Source of the DNA: a virus
Virus record (IMG/VR): IMGVR_UViG_3300020438_002794
Span: 23,130-87,129 of that record
Length of the DNA stretch: 64,000 nt
Direction: 5' to 3' (one strand)
Shown here: in pieces, positions 29,263 to 39,800 of the stretch
Layout: each line of letters begins with the position of its first letter
Position numbering within the stretch: the first letter of the stretch is position 1
Made by a program: the position numbers and the translations under genes
Notes under the pieces: generated by a model
What the model saw: the letters and a program-made list of their open reading frames with translations, nothing else
The model's database searches: none
What the model was told of the DNA's origin: nothing

Positions 29263-30174
29263 TTACTTCGATCCTACTACTACTTCTATTGTACCTACTT
29301 CTTCGGTAGCTTTTTCTTCTAAGGATCTACCTACTACTTCTTTCCAACTGTAGTCGTCTGGTGCAACCATTCCAACTCCGTCTGTGCCACTAGATACTAC
29401 TCTATCGCCTTTACCAATTTTTCCAATAATTTTACATGGAACTCTACCTGATAGTGCTACAAATGGATGTGTAGCGTCTGTACCTGCGGAAGCATTCATT
29501 TCAAAGCCTGGTGCTGTACTAATAATTCCAAAAACTTTGATATCGCTTGCTTCTGTTGTTTGTGTAATTTCTTTTGTGCCGCCAATTTTTACTATTGTTC
29601 CAGCCTCATATTCTGCATCTGCTTCATAACGCTCTGCAAGGTCAGCATATTCTGCACTTGTAGCAATACCTCTAAATTTATAATGTGTTGTATTGTTCAT
29701 TGTTACACCGGATTGAATAGTGGGAAACTGTGTACTGAGTGCAGTAGTACCATCTTCTAGTTTTTCATCTATATGAGGTGTCCAAGCTGTTGTATCATCG
29801 CATGTGATTGTTACAATATTGCTATCAACAATCATTTCTATTGTTTTATGGAAATTTCCGCCAGTGTCTTTTCTGTTGCGGAATTCAATTTTTGTTGTAC
29901 CTGCGCCACTTAACAATACACTCCAAACACCATTGTCGTAAACTTTCATTTGACTATTAGCTGTATCGTACCAAAGTTGACCTTCAGTTGGATTGCTTGG
30001 AGCAGTTCCATTGGCAAAATGTTCTAATAGGTGCAACATATTTTCGTTTAATGTTTCTCCAAAGCGTGTGTAGTTTTTACCAATCAATCCAATACTAGTA
30101 CTGGTATCAATTGTTCCGTCGTTTACAACTATTGCTGTTTTACTACTTTGACTATAATCTATTGTATATGGCAT
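29263..30174 (-). CDS. Tail-fibre-type structural protein with C-terminal peptidase-G2-like intramolecular chaperone domain
   Basis: PTEGQLWYD; C-term YADLAERYEAD, GIISTAPG, VALSGRVPCK, GKGD. Confidence 0.75.
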   Translation of the reverse strand: MPYTIDYSQSSKTAIVVNDGTIDTSTSIGLIGKNYTRFGETLNENMLHLLEHFANGTAPSNPTEGQLWYDTANSQMKVYDNGVWSVLLSGAGTTKIEFRNRKDTGGNFHKTIEMIVDSNIVTITCDDTTAWTPHIDEKLEDGTTALSTQFPTIQSGVTMNNTTHYKFRGIATSAEYADLAERYEADAEYEAGTIVKIGGTKEITQTTEASDIKVFGIISTAPGFEMNASAGTDATHPFVALSGRVPCKIIGKIGKGDRVVSSGTDGVGMVAPDDYSWKEVVGRSLEEKATEEVGTIEVVVGSK

Positions 30175-30184
30175 ATCTTATTCC

Positions 30185-30799
30185 TTACAAGTCTGCAAAA
30201 CTTGATCTAATTCTTAATGTATAAATTACCTGTATCTTTCTATTTGCACTTTTTTGTACAGGATGAAATACTACATGAGTTAACAAATCGTTGTTACCAC
30301 TGTAAATTCCAAGTTCGTCAAAAACGTAATCACCGTTCATACTTGTAGCTGTATCTGTTGAATCTTGTCCAGTTACGCTACCATAATCTAATGTGCATGT
30401 TGTAACTACATCACTGAAAGTGTTAGGCGCTGTGTGAGCGATCTCTGTGCCATTTGTAGCACTTCCGCTTACAGATTCGTCAACTGCTTGACTAAATGTT
30501 TGATTGTATAAAACACCGCTAGCAGTATTAGTATTGGTTGCTTTATATGTTACTGTTCCTAATCCGTCAATGGTTGTACCGCCATTGCCAAATCGCATTG
30601 TAGCGATGTGATGTGTTCCGGAGTTACCCGCTTCGTTTGCAAGCAAACTAGCAATAGCAATACTCATATTTTCATAATTAATTGCATTTCTTCTGCGTAC
30701 TAATACTTCGCCAGATTCGGGATCCCATATTTTAATATGTCCCTCGATTCCTATTAGTGATGTATCATTTAAATTATCTAGACTCATTGTTCTTTCCAT
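30185..30799 (-). CDS. Baseplate/tail structural protein
   Basis: FGNGG, FDELG, LTHVVFHPVQKS, directly after the giant baseplate gene. Confidence 0.6.
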   Translation of the reverse strand: MERTMSLDNLNDTSLIGIEGHIKIWDPESGEVLVRRRNAINYENMSIAIASLLANEAGNSGTHHIATMRFGNGGTTIDGLGTVTYKATNTNTASGVLYNQTFSQAVDESVSGSATNGTEIAHTAPNTFSDVVTTCTLDYGSVTGQDSTDTATSMNGDYVFDELGIYSGNNDLLTHVVFHPVQKSANRKIQVIYTLRIRSSFADL

Positions 30800-30806
30800 T
30801 ATAATG

Positions 30807-30814
30807 TATTTATA
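30807..30814 (-). promoter_or_regulatory. T4-type late promoter
   Basis: TATAAATA overlapping the stop codon of the 3764-aa gene. Confidence 0.6.
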
Positions 30815-33800
30815 TCGTTCCTTTGCCTACATTTCTAATGAAAGCATGTTCTGGCGTAGTTCCTGTTGCTGATAGGCTTATGCCACTATCATTATATGCT
30901 AGGCGTAGTCCATCACCATAATGTGAGAACTTATCTACTGTTGGAATTTTTGTTGTTTGTCCACTGTTGATAACACTTGCACCGCTAGTGTGTTCTACTG
31001 CACTTGTGCCTAATGTGCCTCTTGTACAGAATAACAAGTTATTTCCGTCTACTGCATTGTATTCGATTCTTTCATTTCCAATATATACTACTCCGGGATT
31101 TGCACCTAAGGTAATATTTGGATCATCTAGTACAGTTGCATCTGTCACTGGTATTGTTGTATCGGTTGTATTAATATCAGCAGTAGTTGTTGTTTTTTGT
31201 GCATCTACAATAGCATTACTTTCTTGTATGTTTGTTGGCATATAGTAAGCCATTCTAAACGCTCTACTATCAGATGTCACTGTACTACCACTAGCATTTG
31301 TTTGTACTAGTATGTTGATATTCTCTGTGAAATCTGTAGCTACTAGTTCTTCGCCAAAGCCTTCTAATACAGCTTGTTGGAATACATTACCGTTGTAATC
31401 ATCTGAGAAACTTGCATTTGCAGTTGTAAATTCTGATTGATCAATATCACCGGTCGGTGTGCTGGTAAAGTCACCGCCAAGTAGTATAGTGTCACCTTCC
31501 CAACTTCTAATACTGTGATCTTCATAGTTGAGTGTAATAACACTGTTTCGTTCAATATCTTCTATTTCAATATTTGTAGATTCGCCATGTGTATTGCTTT
31601 CCATACTGCTTAATAATTTAGTGTGGAAAGGTTTGATACTGTTTACATATTCTTCTACAACATTTATATCGTATGATTGATACTTGTCTTTGTTTATTAG
31701 CAATGGTCTCTTAATTCCTAAATGTGCAAATGTAGTTTTGAAAGCAAAATCGTCTGCTGTATTTTGTAATATTGCTGTAAATAATAACTTAAACCACATC
31801 TGATTATACTTAACATGATGTGTTCCAATAAAGATTTCACTTCTAAGTAGATCCATTAGTCTGCTTATAACGTTGTCGCTACATGCATCAAATGGTGTTA
31901 CATCTAATCCAATAGCATCAAATCCGTTGCCAAACTTTGACTGATTCCATATCTCTTCACTTAGTTGTACAGTTGCTTTTTCTTTAAACACAAGTTTGTC
32001 TTCACCATTGATATAATAATACATTTCACTTCTGTCTATGTCTGCTCCTGGGCTTGTACTTTTAACTAAAATATAACTACCATCAACTGGATCTCCAGCA
32101 TTGACATAGTCTGTTCTAGTATTGTACACAATATCAGCTACTGTGTTTGGATTAAATCTAAATGTTTCGTTTCCGTCTGTATCTGTTTCGACCAAGTGCC
32201 AGTCTACTAAGTTAGTATAATCTTTAATTTTATAGGTTACTACTCCTTCTGTAAATGCGTCGGTAAATGCATTTTCCCAATTATTAATCTCGTCAATAAC
32301 ATTTACAGTACTCAATAATGAGTTTACACTATGTACAAAGTTTTGTCTAGCCTCTTTTACATCTCTGAACAAACTTTGTCTTGGACGAGTTTGAAATCCA
32401 TATCTGTTGTATTTGTGCAGTTTAAGATCAGGTACTGGTTGACCTCTCCAAACACTGATGTCATCAGCTTGTGTATCTTCTATAAAGTTATAATCATATA
32501 CTCTACTCCAGTGACTCATATCTGTGTCTAAACTAGGTTGATTGCCTTGGTTGTTTGCTTGTAGACTTATGTAAAAGTCTGTGCCTTCTTTTACTACTTG
32601 ATCATCAGCATAAACTGTTGTATTGTTCCAAGTTGTATAAGGTTTATCGACACTAAATCTATTAAATCCAGCTAAACTATCTCTAATCTTTACATGCAAA
32701 TATTCGGGTATAGTTATGTTAGGATCTTTTTCAGCAAGCATTACCCAGTCTTGCATTGGTAATGCAAGGTCAACATTTTTCTGATTAAGTTGTGCTACTG
32801 TATCTTTGTTAACGAAATTTCTAATGTTTGCCAATAATAAAGTATCATCGCCTGCTTGTGCCGACCAACTTAGGTCAAATGCATTTGGATTAAGCATTAT
32901 TTGTGCTAGTTGGAAAACATTGTAATTGCTATTTCTAATACTGTTAGTTTTGTTTTTAATCCAGAAATAGTAAACAGTTTCAGTTTGTTTACTTGCTTCG
33001 TTGTAATAATTTTCTTCAGTCCAGTTGTATACGGTTTGTCCGTTTATTGTAACACTATATGCTTCACCGCTAGCTTCTTTATTATCAACTATCGCTTTTT
33101 GTGTTACTAACTCGCTCCACTGTTCTGGAGGTACAGGACTTGCTGTCCATTCGTAAATGTCTATACTTGATCCATCAAACAGTTTTCCCCAGTTATTTTG
33201 TTGATAATCTACTGTACTTTGCTCGTAGTCTAAATACACTGCGGTGCTGGTATTCCACCATCTTGCACCCAAGTATTCTCTTCCCCACTGCTCGTCATTT
33301 GTAATACTACCATCTATGTTATTAAAATTATAGTTTGCAATATCGTTTGTAATTTTATAGTCAATCTCTTTGTCAACAAAACCAAATATAATTCCTTTAG
33401 CTGGATCGAAAACTTCTAATGTTGTGATAGTGCTTTGTTTCTCTGCATCATATAATTTAATATTTTCTATTAGATCATTTCTCGCTTGTGCAATACCTGT
33501 TCTCACTTGCTTCCAAGAACCAATGTGACCATTGGTATCACTCCAAGTACCAGTCCAACTGTATACTGCACTTTGTCCGGTTCCATCATCATCTACATAA
33601 GCATAAATTGGATTTGCTGATAATGCTTGCCTAACTCCTGCAAAATTGTATTTGTAAACATCATTTATTTTAATTTGTCTATCAGCTTCTAGTGCGGCAT
33701 AAGTTGGGAAACGCATTTTTCTTAAAGGATAAATGTTACCAGTACTGCCGTTCTGTTCAATAAATTCATCAATGTAAAACTTGTTAGTTTGATTTGATAC

Positions 33801-36800
33801 TTTGGTTACTTTGTGTATTCCGTCAATATTAGGAACGCTGTTACTTCCTCTTATTAAAATATAATCTCCAACACTCAAGTTATGTGCTTGCACATCACCT
33901 GTTTGTCTATTAACTTTTATCTCTGCATCATCTCCAGCGTCTGGACCTGCACAAATATCAAATGTGTATATACCAAAGTCCATTGTTTGATAAACTTGAT
34001 ATCCTAAGTTATAACTGCCAAATTCACTGTCATCTGCAACCCATATCGCAAAAATATTTGGATCATTTGTGTCTTTTGTAAACACTGGATTGCCATTTGA
34101 ATCTACTATTGCCTCAAATACTGCACTAGTTGCACTTTGCGTTGCACTCAGCGTTTGTGCAGTTATACCCACAGTTGTGTTTGCTGTACCTGCACCAATT
34201 ACCATTGTACTATTTGTACTTGTAAGTCTTAGTTTGTTGCTGGCATTTGTTGCACTTACTCCGATAATGTTTGCATTATTAATTTTCTCTACAATATCAA
34301 TAATATTCAACCCTACATTACTTGTAGCAGTTGTTGTACTGGCTGGTACAAGTCCACTTGGTAAACCTATTGGACTATTTGCTGTTCCTATGCCAATGAA
34401 CAAGTTAGCCAGCGTTGAATTAATTTGTAGTACGTTAGTATTACTTGTTCCCGCCGATGCAGTAATACCTGATATGCCTGCATCATTGATTTGATCTATT
34501 GTTTGTTGTAGTGATAAAGGTAGTTCTAAGTTTTGTGTATTTGATGATGAACTTATACTTTCAGTTGCTGTGCTAAATCCAACATTTGCATTTTCAGTTC
34601 CAACACTTATTGTTAATGTAAACGTTACTGCTGGAGTGTTTGTTGTTTTAGTAATTTTTAGTCTACTACTAGCATCAGCACTTGCTGTTACATTACTAAT
34701 TCCTGCATCATTTATTTCTTGTACTATATCAGTTAGTGTATACAATTTAAAGCCGGGTGTAGTTATACTTACTACTACTGTGCTTGGTGCAAATGTAGTT
34801 GATGCATTTGCACTATCTTTGAGATATGTTGCAATATCATCAGTATATGTACCGTTGTTCATTGCGCCTTGTGAATCAGTAATATCACTGGATCCAACAA
34901 TTTGAGCTCCTGATATAACTTGTGTACCTACATAGCTCGTACCTTTTATATTATTAATAATAACTAAGTCCTGGTCTAACAAAAACTCTGCAGGTTGTTG
35001 TGTACTACCGCCACCTTGAATAAGTGTAAGTAAATGACTTATATTCAATCCTGCATTATTTGTATAGTATGTTGTAATCCAAGTTGTCCATGCCGCCGCA
35101 CTATTAGATGCAATGTATGCCGCTCTTAAGCCTTCTATTCTTTGTATTCTAGTTGTAGCTGAACTTGATATAGATGATTGATTTTGTATCCAACTAGTAT
35201 TAAAACTATTTTCGTATGCCTGCTGGGCCGTAATGTTTGTATTTGCACTCTGTGGATCATTGAAGTTAACTGTAGTACCATCAATAATTAGTGTAGCAGT
35301 TGCACTACCTTGTATAGTTGGATTAATAGTTGACCCTATTTTTTCAATGTCTACAAAAGTAGTTGTAGAGACAATATTAGAAAAAGTAACTGTAGTATTG
35401 ATAGTAGAACTAGAACCTAGTATTAATGTTGAACCGTGTGGCACCACATTGGTACTAGCAATGTTTACTGTACCTGGCACTTGTATAACATTTGTAGTTG
35501 TACTGGTAGCACTCTTGCTTAATGTTATAGTGTTACCATCAATAACTAAAGTTTGCCCTGTACTTGGAATTACCGGTAATTGCACTGTACCTTTCAGTTC
35601 AATAGGATCACTAGCAGTTGCTATTCCACTGGCGCCATCTTCATCTATCATTGACCAAGTCTTACCTTTATGTAAAACTTTTTCGTTAAACTTGTAACTT
35701 ACATTACTATCCCATATACCAATGTCCTGCCAGTCACCACTGTGGTCATATGATTCTTTTACTTCCTCTGGAAACTGTTCAAAATCTTCTTTGTTTATAA
35801 CTTTGTAGTCTGCTTCACTCAGCAACGGTAAACCAGCAGTTGTATAATCTTGTGCAAATAGTTCGTCACTTGAATCTTTAAAAGTGTTTACTGGTCTTGT
35901 TAAGAAGTTATTTTCAGTACTATCATGTACTTTAAGAGGACTAGTTGCATCAATATCAATTACGATATCACTGAGTACATCAAACTTTTGTCCTGCACTA
36001 ATCCTGACAGGCTGTGGACTTGTTTTTAGTAAATCAGGAGTAATTTGAAATTCTAGTGTGCCTCTAGTAGATGTGTCTCCAAAGTCAGCAGTTCTGATTG
36101 CCCATTGCTCTAGTAGCTCTGCACTTGCTTGACCGTCAAATAATTCTTGGTTACGCATAAATGCAGTAAGTGCATGATCTGTACCTCTGTATTTGTAACT
36201 GCCTTTGACAAATTCGTAAAGAGTGTCATCGTCAAAGTCTAAATTTTTGCTCCAGTCTGGTTTGTTATATCCTGCATTGAATCTTGCAATATCACTTAAT
36301 TGTTTATTGCTTAGTGTATTTGTTCTACCTAAGTATTGATCCACTTCTCTAGCAACGGTATCATAGTTTGGTATTACAGTATTCTCATCGACAATATAAC
36401 CCGGTGAATATAATTTACCATTCCAATCTTTAGTTCTACTACCTCTCCAAACTATTCTGTTGTGTCTTTGTGCAATACTAGAATCGTATATTACATCATC
36501 AAAGTTAGTAATATTATCAAATACAAATGCATGTTCTAGTTGTACTTTGTACAATCTTATTCCGTATAATCTAACACTGTCGGCGTCTTTAACTTGAAAT
36601 ACAGTTTCGCTATCAGGCTCCATGCTTTTACGATCAATTATTAAATCTGTGCTAGATATTTGCTTGCCTTTTTCGTTAATAATATTATACACACCGTCAT
36701 ATTTCTTGTTAATATTATCAAAGTATCCGTCTGCTCCGTCGTTAACTATTATTTTAGTATCGTTTGGAATAAGTGTGATATCAGTTGTACTGTTTCCTAT

Positions 36801-39800
36801 TGCCCAAGTTACAAAGTTAGCCGCTGAACTTCTCCATTGCTGTGTGAAGCCTAAGTTGTTTAAATAATGACCATACCCGCTTATAAAGTTATAAACTTCT
36901 TGAATTGATCTAAGTTCTGTATTGTAATCCAACTGAGTTGTAATTTCTTCAAACGTCCTATAACGTAAAACTGTTATTTTATTAGTTCCCTGAAACTGTA
37001 CACTAATACCTGGTGTTGCTGTTTTTGGTTTGTTATATACAAAATACGATAAACTATTATCAAATCCATTTAAGGTATAACCGTTTGCTGTTTTGCTAAT
37101 TTTAATGCCGCCAAAGAAAAACTCTACATCTGGTTTGCTAGTGTACATAACAGTTGAAATATTTTCCTCAGGAACAAATACTCGACCTTTGTCCTGACTG
37201 CTTTCTAATATAAACTGATTGTTTCTGTTTACAAAGCCGCCTGCTTTGATCATTGGTTGAAAACTTAAATTTTCTAATCTATTTCTTAAAGTATCTGCAC
37301 CAGTTCCATACAAATTACTAAATTCAATAACTGCATTGCTAAGTCCATTATAATAGTGTGTGGCATTTTCAGCAAGTATAGGATCTAGTTCTGCACCACC
37401 TGTTGCAATGCCTAGTAATGGTCTGTTAAAATACTGTTCTCCTTGCTTAGTTACACTAGCACTGCGAATACTACCATTTTCTACAAATACTGTTACTTCA
37501 CCATTAATTCCAAAGTTATCATTTACTGTAACATCAGGTGCAATGGTATAACCACTACCAGGATTAATAATTTTAATGCTTTCAATAATCTTTCCTGTAA
37601 TTGAGCTTCCGCTAAGATTAGTGTTTTTCCAACTATCTAATTTAAGTTTATCTGTATCAATTTCTTGTGGATGATCATATCCTGCTAGATTTTTTACTTG
37701 TCTTCTAGCTGTTCTAAAATAGTTGTTCAGCACAATTAGTGGTCTTGTTCTTAAAAATGCAAGTACAAGTGCAAGTTTACCTGCACTTGATCTGCGCCAT
37801 TCAGCTTCTACTGGTCCGAAGTCACCATAAACAAAATCTTCAGATGCCTTATCTGAACTAGGCGTTGGCACAACATTTGCTGTGTCTGGATCGTTCATTA
37901 CACCACCAGTTGTTACAAGTGTATTGTTATTCCAATCATAGTTTTTATATGCGTAATTGATATCATAAGTTTGATTGTTAGCACCCAATGCAGGATCACT
38001 TGTTTGTCCATCTTGTAGCGCCAATAACAGTGCCGCACGTTTTGTTAAGTCTATCCAGCTGTAGTTTGCGTCCCACCATGTAGGTTTTGAGTTGTGACCT
38101 AACATTTCCCATGGATGGGTATGTGGTCTTTCTGTATTAAAGTAATAGGTGTATATTCCTCTCCAGCCGCCAATGCCAGGACCTACACTGCTATAATTCC
38201 AAGTCCATTTGTCATTGATGTCATAATATGTGCTACTGTTCAACACTGTAATATTGTTTTCAGACTTATATTTGTTGAACTCACTTCTAATAGAATTGTT
38301 TAGTTCATCCCATGTGTACACTGCTGGTCTGTGTGCATTAGGAAAGTATGTGCTAACATTAACAGTTTGAGATAGATCTGCTCCTAAATTATTATAGATC
38401 CTATTCTCAAGATCCCATATTCCTGCATCGACAGGATTAAATCCTGCTTGCTGTCTATTATACATTTCTGTACCTTGTCTGACATACACACTTCCGTCAT
38501 GTCCTAAGACTACATTACCAGTAAATGATCCGTCGCTATCAACGCTGTAGTCTGCTCTAAGTTCTGGTACATATGGTTTAATCAATCCTAATTTAACTGC
38601 ACTAGGAGGAACAAAGCTAACACTATTTCTCTTGTACCATCTTATGTGTGCATTATTCAAACCTGTGCCTGGAAAACTATTAATGCCTGGTGCAATAATA
38701 GTAACTCTATTTTGATTGATAAGATAATCTAAACCTTTAACAAGTGACTTCCAGGAGTGATTACCATTACTGTCTGGAATTTGAATCCAAACTTGTACAT
38801 GATTAAATGTGTCATCATAATTATTAACTGCTTCTGGTAAATCAAAAACTGGTGTTTGATCTAGTATCCAGCTAACATCTATACTTTTATAATCTCTATA
38901 CATAGCCATTTCACTGTGTGCAAATGAACTGTCTGCATTTTTACCTAAGTTTAGTGCTTCTAGTGTTTTATCAACTAGAGTATAAATTGGTAGTGTTTGA
39001 TCTAAACTTTCATGTAGTTGTACAATTTTACGTTTAAATTTTTCTTTGAATTGTTCATAGTTCGAACTTGCAAATTGTAATGCACTGTATGGATTGGTTG
39101 ACACATCTACTAGTAACTGATTTAACAATTCAGTACTGTAAGGTTGTTGTCTAATTGTACCGCCTATATCATTTACTTGTACTATGTTTCTATAGTTGTT
39201 TGTTCCATACCAATTACCAGTAAACAATGGATTACTAGTCATCTGATTACTAAAGTGTTGAATTAAATCTCCGTAACTTATTTTGCTAAAATCTAAATTT
39301 TGTGCATTATGTACTTGTGTATGTGCTGGTTCAAAATCGCCTTCACCTGTTGTTCTGTAATTTTTCTTTGAAAAGAAACTAAATTCGTATATGTCATCTT
39401 TAGTTAACCCACTAGTAATACTGATAATGTCTCCAGTATGACTGAAGTTTGTAAATGGCTCACCATTTTTTAGTACAGTAACGTTTGTCTCACTTGGATT
39501 ATCATTTAAAAATATTACACCAAAGTTTGTTGGGTCAGCGACAAGTCTATACTTGATACTGTTAACTGTAGGAGTTCCTACTTGTATTTCAAATTTATTA
39601 TTAGTTCCAGCTGTCCTAGTAAGTCCTGTGCTGATCGCTGTACCGTCCATGTTTACAAATTCTATTTCAGCTTGCGGAAATAGTGTGTTTATTGTGTAGG
39701 TGTTGCTGTAGTGAAAGAATAGTGTAGGTAATTTACCACCAATTCTTTGTACTCTGCCAGACAACACAGACGAACTTGGTTGACTGCTTACTCCTAACAA

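Noticed and set aside
87-29760. Short + strand and nested alternative-frame ORFs across the modification cluster
   Set aside because: Fully overlap motif-bearing minus-strand genes; no independent support
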